Origin: an uncultured Acetobacteraceae bacterium
Lineage (GTDB): Bacteria > Pseudomonadota > Alphaproteobacteria > Acetobacterales > Acetobacteraceae
Length of the DNA: 50,143 nt
Assembly (NCBI GenBank): GCA_964244305.1
Contig: CAXTJW010000001.1
Coordinates: 1-50,143, forward strand
Direction: 5' to 3'
In this document: positions 36,615-46,771 of the stretch, in pieces
Layout: every line of letters begins with the position of its first letter
Position numbering within the stretch: position 1 is the first letter of the stretch
Notes under the pieces: generated by a model
The model's database searches: none
Seen by the model: only the letters and a program-made list of their open reading frames with translations
What the model was told of the DNA's origin: nothing
Position numbers and translations under genes: made by a program

Positions 36615-37058
36615 ATGAAAATACTGACGATGGTTCTTACCAGCGGGTTGCTTGCCACGGCGGCTTCGGCGCAGACCACATCGACATCCCCCTCGCGCCC
36701 AACGGCTCCCGTCGTGACGACGGCGCCGGGCGCGCCTTTGCCCGCCGCGCCTGGCACGAACACCAGCACCGGCACGGTCCCCCGGGCCGGCGTTGTCGAC
36801 CGGAACACGGGCACGGCTGCAGCCGCTGGCGACCGCAATCAGGCGGTGGCGACGACGGGGGCGAACGCACCGCAGCCTGCAAAGGGCTCCAACTCGTTCA
36901 GCAACGGCGAGGCGCGCCGGCGCATCGAGGGCCGCGGCTACGCAACCGTCGCCGACCTCAAGAAGGACAACGATGGCGTCTGGCGTGGCAGCGCCATGAA
37001 GGACGGTGCGAAGGTCGGCGTATGGCTCGACTACAAGGGCAACATCGGCCAGCAGTGA
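36615..37058 (+). CDS. Secreted PepSY-like protein
   Basis: Signal peptide; GSNSFSNGEARRRIE..LKKDNDGVWRG..LDYKGNI. Confidence 0.78.
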   Translation: MKILTMVLTSGLLATAASAQTTSTSPSRPTAPVVTTAPGAPLPAAPGTNTSTGTVPRAGVVDRNTGTAAAAGDRNQAVATTGANAPQPAKGSNSFSNGEARRRIEGRGYATVADLKKDNDGVWRGSAMKDGAKVGVWLDYKGNIGQQ

Positions 37059-37106
37059 CGCAACGCCAGCAGCATTGCCCAACCTCCAACTCACAGGAAT
37101 CCAACC

Positions 37107-38183
37107 ATGCGAATGATCGCACACAGCTACGATACCTACGACCACGCCGTCCGCGTCGTGCACGCGCTCGAGGCGGCTGGCGTGCCGCATGACGACGTCA
37201 GCCTGATGTCGGGCGACAAGGACCGCACAGTGGCAACGAATGTCGCCGGTGATACCAGCGACGCCACTGCGACCGGCACCGGCACGGGTGCCACGCTCGG
37301 CACGGTGCTGGGCGGCGGCGCCGGCCTGCTCGCTGGGATCGGTTCGCTGGCCATCCCGGGTGTGGGGCCGGTTGTTGCGGCCGGCTGGCTGATCGCCACG
37401 CTGACCGGAGCGGGCGTAGGTGCGGCAGCCGGCGGCCTGCTCGGCTCGCTTACCGGCGCTGGTGTTGATGAGGTGGACGCCAAGGGCTACGCTGACCACG
37501 TTGGGCGCGGTGGCACGCTGGTCACGGTGCGCGCCAGCGACGAGATGGCGCCGCAGGTGGAGTATATCCTGGAACACGGCGAGGCGCGTGCCACCACCGG
37601 TATGACGGCCCCTGCAGCGGCTTCCACCGGCATGGGGATGGCGACGCCAGCGACTGCCGCAACCGGACTGGGTGACAAGATCCAGGTGATTAAAGAGAGT
37701 CTGGTCGTCGGCAAGCGCGAGGTCGAGCAGGGTGGCGTGCGGGTCACCTCCCATGTCGTCGAGACCCCGGTCGAGCAGCAGGTGACCCTGCACGATGAGC
37801 GGGTGGTCGTCGACCGCCGCCCGATCAATCGTCCGCTGACGGGTGTTGCGGCGGATGCGTTCCGCGAGCGCACCCTGTCCGCGACGGCCAAGTCTGAGGA
37901 AGCCGTGGTGGGCAAGGAGGCACGGGTCATCGAGGAGATCGGCCTGCGCAAGGAGGCGGCCGACCGCGTTGAGACCGTGCACGGCACCGTGCGTGAGACC
38001 AAGGTGGAGGTGGAGCAGATGCCGGGCTCGGCGAGCACAACACGGGCGACGACCGGCGCCACTGGACCAACCGTCGACGGGCCTGAACAACCAAGCGCTC
38101 TACGCGACAATGCTGCGACCCGCGCAGTGGACAGCACGCTGGGCACCAATGTCAGCGGTGAGAACCCGACGCGCAAGGTTTAG
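37107..38183 (+). CDS. General stress protein: N-terminal glycine-rich membrane domain plus YsnF/AvaK (DUF2382) domain
   Basis: LAIPGVGPVVAAG; ESLVVGKREVEQGGVRV, EERVVVDRRP-like segment, EEAVVGKEARVIEE. Confidence 0.85.
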   Translation: MRMIAHSYDTYDHAVRVVHALEAAGVPHDDVSLMSGDKDRTVATNVAGDTSDATATGTGTGATLGTVLGGGAGLLAGIGSLAIPGVGPVVAAGWLIATLTGAGVGAAAGGLLGSLTGAGVDEVDAKGYADHVGRGGTLVTVRASDEMAPQVEYILEHGEARATTGMTAPAAASTGMGMATPATAATGLGDKIQVIKESLVVGKREVEQGGVRVTSHVVETPVEQQVTLHDERVVVDRRPINRPLTGVAADAFRERTLSATAKSEEAVVGKEARVIEEIGLRKEAADRVETVHGTVRETKVEVEQMPGSASTTRATTGATGPTVDGPEQPSALRDNAATRAVDSTLGTNVSGENPTRKV

Positions 38184-38201
38184 ATAGCTAAGTTGCAGTC
38201 A

Positions 38202-38234
38202 GGCCGGGAGGCGGGCAATACCTACCTCCCGGCC
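38202..38234. terminator. Stem-loop between convergent genes
   Basis: GGCCGGGAGG...CCTCCCGGCC. Confidence 0.55.
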
Positions 38235-38285
38235 CCTGCAGTGTCCGACTCCTTGTATCGTGCCCAACCGTCCGGCTACCAGCTT

Positions 38286-38720
38286 TCAGCGAAGCCGGTC
38301 GCGGTTTGCGGCGGAAGCGGATGACCCAGCTTTTGTCGCGGCAGCACTGGCAACCTTTGGCGCACTCGCCACTCCGACGACGCGGAACGCATATGCGGCG
38401 ACGACGCCGCCGAGCAGCGGGCCCGCCGTGTAGAAAAACCAGACTGGAAACGTTCCCGTCACGATCATCGGCCCGAGCGCGCGTGCCGGGTTGCCGGCGC
38501 CGCCGCTGACGGGGCCGCCAAGCAGCACGCCGGCCGCCAGTGCGAAGCCGATGGCCAGCGCAGTCGTTGCCGGTGGCACCCGGGTGTCCGTGGCCGTCGA
38601 GATCACGGTGAAGACCAGGATGAAGGCGATCAGCGCCTCGACCAGCAAAACCTGCAATTTACTGGCCCCATTGACCGGCGCCGGTGCACCCAAGTTCGCA
38701 TCCACGTAGGCGCCATCGCC
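38286..38720 (-). pseudogene. C-terminal half of an aquaporin (MIP family)
   Basis: VEALIAFILV, AIGFAL, SGGAGNPARALGP, WFFY.AGPLLG; first NPA half and start codon absent. Confidence 0.85.
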
Positions 38721-39724
38721 TCGCGCGACACCCCGTCGCGCACCAGCTCCGCCTGCACGGCCTCGGCCCGGCGCACCGAGAGGCCCTGGTTGTAGCGCGC
38801 GTTGCCGGAGCTGTCGGTGTAGCCGCTGACCTCGATGCGCGTCGTTTGCACGCGGGTGCTGGTCTGCGCCGCTTCGACGATGATCTGCCGGGCGCGGCCG
38901 GTCAGATCGGCGCGGTCCCAATCGAAGAACACAAGGTAGCTGCGGCTCGGCATGGCCACGGGAGCGGGCGTCGGCGCAACGGGCGACGACGGCACCGAGT
39001 GGTTGAACGCGTAGGCCACCCCGACGGTGATCTGATGGTTGAGTGCGGGCGAAAGGCCGACGGTGCCCTTGCTGAGCCCGGCACGGGTGAACGACTCGCC
39101 GACCGCGCCCGAGCTGCCCTGGTGACCAACGAAGCGGTAGTCGACGGAAAGTTTCAGGCCCGGAACCGCCTCAACCGGGAACGCGGCCCCGACGATCCCC
39201 TGATAGGCGAAATTTGCCCCGGTCCCGCCCGTGCGGAACACGTCGCCGTTGCCGGACACGCTCGACAGCGGCGCAAAGTGGGTCCACAGCACGCCGGCTC
39301 CGGCTGCGACAAAGGGCTGGAACGCCGTTACATTCAGCCCGAGCTTGGTCAGGTCGATGCCGTAATACACGTTGGCGAACAGGCCATAGGTGCCTTGGTT
39401 GCCGGTCGTGCGCGCTGGCAATGCGGTGCGCACCTGGTTGTTCACGGCGTTGTAGGCGTAGGTGCCCTCGAGATCGAGGCGTATGCCGTTGCCCAGGCCC
39501 CAACCGGCGCTACCCGCGCCGGTGAAGCCGCTGTCGAAGCGATAACGTGCGCTTGGCAACGAGTTGGGCGTAAGCCGCGGATGGTCGAACACGTCCTGCA
39601 GCAGGCTCCAGCCGCCGCCGAGCGAGACGTAAGGGCCTTGCGTTGGAGACGATGGCTGCGCCTGGGCAGCAAATGGCCCCACTCCCAAAGTGGTCGCAAG
39701 GAGTAGTGTTCGCCAATGTGCCAT
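38715..39724 (-). pseudogene. OmpA-family outer-membrane protein truncated at the C-terminus
   Basis: Signal peptide, beta-barrel, Pro linker, RSYLVFFDWD, GYTD, YNQGLSVRRA; lacks the terminal NRRVE motif. Confidence 0.85.
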
Positions 39725-40203
39725 GCCGTTGCTTCCTAATATCGCGTCCAACCTGGCAACATAGATATTACTAAACTACAAAGAACGAGACAGGTTATCG
39801 AGATTGCGCAACTGCGAGGAATTTCGCGAAATCTCAAGTCACGTCGGCGTGGGTATGGCACCTTATTCGCGCGTGTAAAATTCTACCTCTATCACTAATA
39901 TTCTATATTTGCTGTTCCCTGGGGTATATCTGCCGTCTCACTCGTCATTCCAGTTTTTCGAGTGGGCTTAGACTGTGCAATAACTGATTGGGGTAGGGTC
40001 AGAATTCGCATTCATGCCAAGCTTGGCGCAAGCCAGGTTGTGCCGAGTTCCGGATTAGAGGGCGCGACCGCACACCGGAAAGCCGAGGTTAGTTATGGGC
40101 TGGGCGACCGCCAGCCCGCGCGGTCGGTTCACAACAGGAACGTCAGGCCACGGCTGCGAAGCGACCAAGGATCCCGGCACTGATCGGCGTCGTAAATTCC
40201 CGA

Positions 40204-40219
40204 GTTAACACAGTGTTAA
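40204..40219 (-). promoter_or_regulatory. CtrA-box-like dyad
   Basis: TTAA-CACTGTG-TTAAC on the minus strand. Confidence 0.35.
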
Positions 40220-40487
40220 AGCGTCATACGGGCTTACCGGTTTACACGGCGCGCACCTTTATAGTCGTATGCTTCGGTCAGCCCTACGCTGACGATTGCA
40301 GTGCGCGGCACCACGGTACAGGGAGGGAAGATGCCGCGCCACTCACTCGCCTCCTGCTTTGCGACCTACCTGCTGCCGCATGTGCTGTTCGTCGCTGGCT
40401 TCGAGGAGCGCGAGCGGATCGCCCGCGTGTGCTGCCTGGTCTGGAACATCGGCCTGTTCCCGCACGCCCGCGAGCGCGCGCGCCACT

Positions 40488-40622
40488 TTGAAGGCGATCT
40501 TTCTCGTCACGACGTTGGCTGGGCTGACCGGACTATGGCGGGCGATCCTGGCGGATACCGGAGCGACCGTGCTGGTGACGTTAAATGCGCTTCGCTTGCT
40601 GCGCTGGCGTTTTGCGGACTAA
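40488..40622 (+). pseudogene. C-terminal fragment of a ZntA/CadA heavy-metal P1B-ATPase
   Basis: LKAIFLVTTLAGLTGLWRAILADTGATVLVTLNALRLL (K..ADxG..NALRL helices). Confidence 0.8.
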
Positions 40623-40635
40623 GGAGCTGACGGAC

Positions 40636-41538
40636 ATGAGCATCTTCATCACCGGCGCGACAGGCTTCATCGGCGGCTCGCTGGCCGACCGGCTGCGGCG
40701 AGACGGCCGGGCCGTACGCGGCCTGGTGCGCGGGACGGAGAAGGCCGCGCGCTTGGCAGCTCTTGGTATCGAGCCGGTCGAAGGCAGCCTGGATGACCAC
40801 GACCTGCTGGTCCGTGAGGCCCGCCGGTCCGAAGGCGTGATCAACGCCGCCAGCAGCGATCATCGTGGCGCGGTGAACGCGATCATCGAAGGCCTGGCCG
40901 GGTCCGGGAAGCCGTTCTTGCACACCAGCGGGTCCAGCGTGGTCGCCGATAACGCCCGCGGCGAGTACGCCTCCGACCGCATCTTCACCGAGGACACCGA
41001 ATTCACGCCAGAGCCCGACAAGCAGGCTCGGGCCGCGATCGACCGCCTCGTCCGGGACGCGGCGGCGCGCGACGTACGTTCCGCGGTGCTGTGCAACAGC
41101 ATGGTTTACGGCACCGGGCGCGGCCTGTCTCCTGACAGCGTGCAGATCCCGCCCATGGTCGCCCAGGCGCGCGCGAGCGGCGTGGTGCGCTACGTTGGTC
41201 CGGGCCTGAACGTGTGGTCCAACGTCCACCTCGACGACGTGCTCGACCTTTATGTTGCCGCCCTCGACCATGCTTCGGCGGGTGCCTTCTATTTTGTCGA
41301 AAACGGCGAGGCGTCGTTCCGCGACATCGGGCTAGCGATCGCCGAGGCGCTCCGCCTGGGGCCGCCGCAGCCCTGGTCCGTGGACGAAGCAGCGGCGGCT
41401 TGGGGCGGCATGCACGCGGCCTATTCCTTCGGCTCGAACAGCCGCGTGCGGGGGCATCGCGCGCGGACGGAGCTGAAATGGAACCCGACGCACCGCTCCG
41501 TCACCGACTGGATCGGGCAGTGCTACCGCCAGGGCTGA
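40636..41538 (+). CDS. NAD-dependent epimerase/dehydratase (atypical SDR)
   Basis: RBS AAGGAG; ITGATGFIG, HTSGS, WSNVHLDD. Confidence 0.9.
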   Translation: MSIFITGATGFIGGSLADRLRRDGRAVRGLVRGTEKAARLAALGIEPVEGSLDDHDLLVREARRSEGVINAASSDHRGAVNAIIEGLAGSGKPFLHTSGSSVVADNARGEYASDRIFTEDTEFTPEPDKQARAAIDRLVRDAAARDVRSAVLCNSMVYGTGRGLSPDSVQIPPMVAQARASGVVRYVGPGLNVWSNVHLDDVLDLYVAALDHASAGAFYFVENGEASFRDIGLAIAEALRLGPPQPWSVDEAAAAWGGMHAAYSFGSNSRVRGHRARTELKWNPTHRSVTDWIGQCYRQG

Positions 41539-41725
41539 ACGGCGTATGCGTCCCACACGGACCGCAAATCGTGTCGCCACCCCCTCTATCTTGTCCGGGT
41601 CAAAACCCTGCCGAAAGCAAGGTGCCCTCGGACTGCTACAATTTGCTGACCAAGACCGACGCCGGGACGGCCGTATCGCCTCGATTTGCCGCCTGCAAGC
41701 TTGGCCCAGCAAAGCCTTCGGCAGG

Positions 41726-43345
41726 TCATAGCGGGCTGATAGGGACCGCTCGAGAGGGCATTCCATGCCCGGGAACGAGTGGTCCAGGTGGGGGCGCCTT
41801 CAGCAGGGAAACGACGACCAAGCCCGCTATGGCTGCCCAGAACGTCAGCCAGAACCCGTCTATGTAGGCGAGGACGTTCGCCTCGCGTTGCACTGCGGTT
41901 GCCAAGGTACTGACGCCGCGCATAGTCGCGGTGCCCATCCCGTGGCTGACGAAGTTGCCCGTCAGCGCGGCGAGCCTCCCCGCGACGTCCTGATCTCCCG
42001 AGGCGAGGTGCTGCCCGAGTAGATTGGAGTGAAGCTGCTCCCGCATCCGCAACACGGTGACCATGAGAGCAGCGCCAAGCTCCGCCCCCCCTAGCCGGGC
42101 CACCTGGATGTAGGCCGCGAACGAAGTCGCCCTTGCAGGATTTATGTTCGCGAACGCGGTGATGATGATGGCGATGAAGGTGAAGCCCTGGCCCACGGCC
42201 TGAAGCAGTGCGATCGGGACGAAGTCGGGCGCGCTCCAGTCGTGCGTCACGTGCGTGCCGAGGAGACCGGCCGCCGCGAAAGCGGCGAAGCCGGCGATCA
42301 GGACGTAGCGGGAGTCGATCCTCCGGAGCAGGAATACCGCGATGGCGGTGAGCACGGCGAGCGGCGCCGCCACGTAGTAGAGCAGCAGGGGACCAATTTG
42401 CTCGGGCCGAAGCTGGCCCACCACGGTCAAGAAGTTCGGCATCAAAGTGGTGTTGGAAAGACTGGTGATCGTGAACAGCAAGACGATCGCGAGCGTCAGG
42501 ACGACGTTATGCGACAGGATCACCGAGACGTTCGCCCAGGGCTCCGCCACCAAAGCTTCGTTCACGAGGAAAGCGACCAGGAGTACTCCACCACCAGCCA
42601 GCAGCGGAACGATCGTCCCAGATTCCAGCCAATCCAGGCGGTTGCCCTGGTCGAGCGCGATGTAGAGCATCGCCAGGCCCGAACCGAACAGCAGCATGCC
42701 GCCCCAATCCGCCCGGCGCAGCAAGTCGCGGTTTACCCGCTCATGCGGAGCGCCCAGGTAGACGAGCAATCCCATCAGCGGTGCCAGCAGGGCATTTTGC
42801 CAGTACAGCCACTGCCACCCTGCAGTCTGGGTGTAGAACCCCACCAGGGATACGCCATAGTTCAGGGTGAACGCTGAACGGAACGCGTAGAGTCCGATTG
42901 CCGGCAGCCACCAGTTCACGGGTAGGTTGCGCAGGATGATCATGATCGTCGCCGGGATGAACGCTCCCAGCAGCAGGCCCTGGACGACGTGCAGGACAAG
43001 AAGCGTCTGGTAGTCGCGGGATAGCGGAACAAGCAACGAGGCCAACGCATACACCAGGCTCGGGATGCCCAGGATCCTGCGGACGCCGAAGACCGTCGCA
43101 AGCCAGGCTATCATCGGCGCGACCAGGATCTGCGGCGCGGTGGCGGCCGTGCTGAGCCATGCCCCTTCGTCGAAACTCAAGGACAAGGCACCCTTGAGGT
43201 CAGCAAGGCCGATCGAGAAAAGGCGGACCTGGAAGCCGACCAGGAATGAGCCGAGCAGCACGGCGCCGATGGCGCAAAGCGGATGGTGGGAGCGGCGGCC
43301 GGACGAGATCGGCCCTGCACTCTGGACGGTCGCGGCCGCAGTCAT
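41726..43345 (-). CDS. DHA2/EmrB-like MFS efflux transporter
   Basis: About 14 TM segments, DEGAW, GWQWLYW, ADWGG, LDQGNRLDW; ATGA overlap with hlyD. Confidence 0.88.
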   Translation of the reverse strand: MTAAATVQSAGPISSGRRSHHPLCAIGAVLLGSFLVGFQVRLFSIGLADLKGALSLSFDEGAWLSTAATAPQILVAPMIAWLATVFGVRRILGIPSLVYALASLLVPLSRDYQTLLVLHVVQGLLLGAFIPATIMIILRNLPVNWWLPAIGLYAFRSAFTLNYGVSLVGFYTQTAGWQWLYWQNALLAPLMGLLVYLGAPHERVNRDLLRRADWGGMLLFGSGLAMLYIALDQGNRLDWLESGTIVPLLAGGGVLLVAFLVNEALVAEPWANVSVILSHNVVLTLAIVLLFTITSLSNTTLMPNFLTVVGQLRPEQIGPLLLYYVAAPLAVLTAIAVFLLRRIDSRYVLIAGFAAFAAAGLLGTHVTHDWSAPDFVPIALLQAVGQGFTFIAIIITAFANINPARATSFAAYIQVARLGGAELGAALMVTVLRMREQLHSNLLGQHLASGDQDVAGRLAALTGNFVSHGMGTATMRGVSTLATAVQREANVLAYIDGFWLTFWAAIAGLVVVSLLKAPPPGPLVPGHGMPSRAVPISPL

Positions 43346-44532
43346 GGCTGCGCCTGCGTTTCGGTCGACATCTCCGTATGGATCCGGGTGGTCACCGACA
43401 TGCCGGGACGCAGCCGCGCAATCAGCGGCTGGCGGGGATCGAGGTCGATCCGAACCGGAACGCGTTGGACGACCTTCGTGAAGTTGCCGGTCGCGTTGTC
43501 CGGTGGCAGCAGGGCGAACTGAGACCCGCTCGCCGGAGACATGCGTTCCACCCGGCCATGGAGGGTTTCGCCGGGAAACGTATCGACGGTCACATCCACC
43601 GCCTGGCCGTCCGCCACGTGCGTGAGCTGCGTCTCCTTGTAGTTCGCCATGACGTAGACCTCCGGAAGCGGCACCACGGTGATCAGGTTGCTGCCGACGT
43701 TCACGTAGTCGCCTTGCTGGACTTGCCGCTCGCCGACCACGCCGTCGAAGGGTGCCACGATCCGCGTGTAGCCGAGCTTGAGCCGGGCCGCAGCCAACGA
43801 GGCCTGGGCGGCCTGCAGGTCCGCCAAGCGCTGCTTCTGGGTCGAGGCGAGAATATCCAGCTGGCGTCTCTGGACTTCGACGAAAGCCTCGCTTGCCCGC
43901 AGGTCGCCGGTTGCCGTCATGTGCTGGGCCGTCGCCTGTTCCACCTTCTGCCTGGTGCCGAACGTCGACTGCAGCAATGCCTGCTGCCGCTGCCACTCCT
44001 GGCGGGCCTCGATTTCTTTGGCGACTGCGGAGGCGTTCTGCGCTTCGGCCTGGCTGATCGTGGCATGCTGGAGAGCGGTTTGGTTGCCCAGGTTGTCCAG
44101 GGCGGCCTGCGCTCCGGCGACACTGGCCTCGATCTGCGCCGCCTGAGCGGCGTAGTCGGCCGGGTCGATCTCGACAAGAAGATCACCTGCCTTGACCCGT
44201 TGAAAATCCTGAACCGCGACGGACTGCACGGCACCGGCGACACGGCTCGCCAGCCGCGTCATCTCGGCCCGAACATACGCGTTGTCCGTTGCCTGGATGC
44301 CAGACCCACCTTGCCAGGTATCCCACCGCGTGATGGCGACACCCACGAGCACAGCGGTCATCAGCAGGCTCAGGGCCGGAAGCGCGAGGCGTCCAAGTGG
44401 ACCGCGTGCAGCCTGTCCGTCGTTCCTGGGCCGTGACCGCCCGGTCGAGCGCAATGCTGGCTCGTGATCCGATGCCGTTGTTCCCGGCCCTTCCGCGACC
44501 GGTTCCAGGATCTGAGACGTCGATGTGGGCAT
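43342..44532 (-). CDS. HlyD/EmrA-family membrane fusion protein
   Basis: TDNAYV, IVAPFDG, ANYKETQL, PPDNATGNFTKVVQRVPV. Confidence 0.93.
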   Translation of the reverse strand: MPTSTSQILEPVAEGPGTTASDHEPALRSTGRSRPRNDGQAARGPLGRLALPALSLLMTAVLVGVAITRWDTWQGGSGIQATDNAYVRAEMTRLASRVAGAVQSVAVQDFQRVKAGDLLVEIDPADYAAQAAQIEASVAGAQAALDNLGNQTALQHATISQAEAQNASAVAKEIEARQEWQRQQALLQSTFGTRQKVEQATAQHMTATGDLRASEAFVEVQRRQLDILASTQKQRLADLQAAQASLAAARLKLGYTRIVAPFDGVVGERQVQQGDYVNVGSNLITVVPLPEVYVMANYKETQLTHVADGQAVDVTVDTFPGETLHGRVERMSPASGSQFALLPPDNATGNFTKVVQRVPVRIDLDPRQPLIARLRPGMSVTTRIHTEMSTETQAQP

Positions 44533-44669
44533 GGTGCTATGGCAGGCCGGGGCCTTGCCATCCTTTCATGGGACGAATACGTGATGTATAGCTGATCTTC
44601 AGTTATCCAACAATATGTATTTTACAGGAAACCGGCTAAACTCGGTTGGCCGACAACTACGGATCGCAC

Positions 44670-45146
44670 ATGCCTCTTCCGACAGCCGATGAAATCACGA
44701 ACATGCCCGGATTCCTGATCCGACGTTGTAATCAGATCTCGATGGCGTTGTTCCTGGAGGAGACCGATGATCGGGACCTGACGCCTGCGCAGTATGGCGC
44801 GCTGGCCTTGATTGCGGCCGAACCGGGAATGGACCAGACGCGACTGACCGACCGGTCGGCGCTCGACCGCTCCTCCGTCACGAAATGCGTCGAGCGCCTT
44901 GAAGCTCGGGGAATGATCCGGCGCGACATGGATGCCAAGGACAGGCGCGTCCGGCAGTTGCATGTCACCGCCGAAGGATTATCGCTTCTTACCGAGGTTG
45001 GGGCGGCTGTGCATCGTGCCCAGCGTCGAATCCTGGCGCCGCTCGGGGAGGAAAGGGCCAAATTATTTGTGGCCATGCTCCAAGAGGTCGCATCGGCAAA
45101 CAATCCAACCAGCCGCGTGCCGCTCCATACCGGCGGCCGTAGCTGA
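44670..45146 (+). CDS. MarR-family regulator (same subfamily as 8788..9249)
   Basis: PGFLIRR, DLTPAQY, DRSSVTKCVERLE, DRR. Confidence 0.9.
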   Translation: MPLPTADEITNMPGFLIRRCNQISMALFLEETDDRDLTPAQYGALALIAAEPGMDQTRLTDRSALDRSSVTKCVERLEARGMIRRDMDAKDRRVRQLHVTAEGLSLLTEVGAAVHRAQRRILAPLGEERAKLFVAMLQEVASANNPTSRVPLHTGGRS

Positions 45147-45242
45147 CACCAGCCGTATTCTGGCTGCGGGTTCGCGCCGCGATGCGGGGCCGCCCTATCA
45201 ACCGTGCTCGAACCGGGTTCGGTGATGGAGCGCCGGCGAACA

Positions 45243-46151
45243 TCAGCTCAGACGGCCTTTCGCCGCTTCCACCACAAGCCGGTCGACGACATGCCGCACT
45301 CGAGGGGTAAGATGAGTCCGCCGCGGCCAGACGGCATGCACCTCGACCGCAACGGTGGAAAGATCGGCCATCACCGCTTCAAGTTCGTTGCGGTCAAGAC
45401 GATCACGTACCATGAATACCGGTAACTGGCACAGGCCGAGTCCAGCGACCGTTGCTGCCACCATTGCGTCCCCGTCACTGATTTGGTGGGTGACCGGGGG
45501 CGTGATCTTTCGGGTCTGACCATTCTCACGCACGACCCACGCCTGCGGTGGACCCTTCAGCGAGCCGACGACGCAGCGGTGAGCACGAAGGTCGGCGGTG
45601 GTGCGCGGTCGCCCGTGCTGGTCCAGATAGGATGGTGCGGCGCAGATCACCCGGTCCTGATCGACAAGATGGCGTGCAACCAGACTGCTGCTGTCCGCCA
45701 ATGCGCCGAATCGGATGGCAAGATCGACGTCGTCTTGAAGCAGGTCGCTGGTCGCGTCCGTAAAGGTCAGGTCCAAGCTGAGATCCGGATGTGACCGTGC
45801 GATGTCACTCAGGATCGGGAGCAGTACGGTCCGCCCAAACGATACCGGCATATCAATGCGCAGGCGCCCGCTGAGGAAATAACCAGCAGAGGTCAGCGCC
45901 GACTGCGCCGCGGCAACCTCGTCGATCGCCGAGGCGCATGCGGCCAGATATGCCTCGCCATCCGACGTCAGGCGGCTCAAGCGGGTGGTGCGGTGAAACA
46001 GCTTGGTGCCGAGCCTTGCCTCAAGTCTGGCGATCGACTTTCCCACGGCGGATTTGGTGATCCCCAGGCGATCGGCTGCCAAGGTGAAGCTGCCTGTGCG
46101 CGCTGCGGAGACAAAGACGGACACGCCCTGCAACGGATCCTGCTCGACCAT
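45243..46151 (-). CDS. LysR-family regulator (CrgA-like)
   Basis: GSFTLAADRLGITKSAVGK, LFHRTTR, DLAIRFG, APSYL. Confidence 0.92.
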   Translation of the reverse strand: MVEQDPLQGVSVFVSAARTGSFTLAADRLGITKSAVGKSIARLEARLGTKLFHRTTRLSRLTSDGEAYLAACASAIDEVAAAQSALTSAGYFLSGRLRIDMPVSFGRTVLLPILSDIARSHPDLSLDLTFTDATSDLLQDDVDLAIRFGALADSSSLVARHLVDQDRVICAAPSYLDQHGRPRTTADLRAHRCVVGSLKGPPQAWVVRENGQTRKITPPVTHQISDGDAMVAATVAGLGLCQLPVFMVRDRLDRNELEAVMADLSTVAVEVHAVWPRRTHLTPRVRHVVDRLVVEAAKGRLS

Positions 46152-46264
46152 GGTAGCGTCCTGCTCCACTTAGAGTTGCCATATGGCATCTTTATAGTCT
46201 GTCGTTCCCCGGTAGATAACCCATTCAGAGGCGCGCCGGTGTGCGTCATAGCCAGGGACCGAAC

Positions 46265-46618
46265 ATGCAGGACGAGATTTACTCGGTATACCATCTGTCG
46301 ATTCAGCCAGCCGACTTCGACGCGTTCAAAACGCTGGTTGAACGCATTGTCGAGGCGACCAGCAGGGAACCCGACACGACGACCTACGAATACGTGGTCA
46401 ATGCCGACCGGACCGTGGTGCACATCGTGGAGCGCTATCGTACGCAGGGTCTCCTCCCGCATGTCGAGCAGACGTTCACGCCATTTGCCGGACGCTTTCT
46501 TGAACTTGCGAAGATAGAAAAGCTCTATGTGTATGGCGACACGACGCCCGAAATTCGCGCGAAGCTGGACGGTTTCGGCGCCCAGTACCTGACGCCGTTC
46601 GCCGGCTTCTCTCGCTGA
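46265..46618 (+). CDS. Putative quinol monooxygenase (ABM-domain)
   Basis: EPDTTTYEY, HIVERY, VYGD; divergent from lysR. Confidence 0.75.
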   Translation: MQDEIYSVYHLSIQPADFDAFKTLVERIVEATSREPDTTTYEYVVNADRTVVHIVERYRTQGLLPHVEQTFTPFAGRFLELAKIEKLYVYGDTTPEIRAKLDGFGAQYLTPFAGFSR

Positions 46619-46771
46619 TCTGCAACCCGGCTGCCGTGCTCGTCGCACGCAGGTCTGCAAATAATGGTCAGCCCGAACAGGAGGCAAGCATCACTTGTGT
46701 GCCGCACGTACGTGGTACCGATCAGCCGCCTGCCGGACGATATCTCAATTGATGTGTCACGAGGCAGGCTG

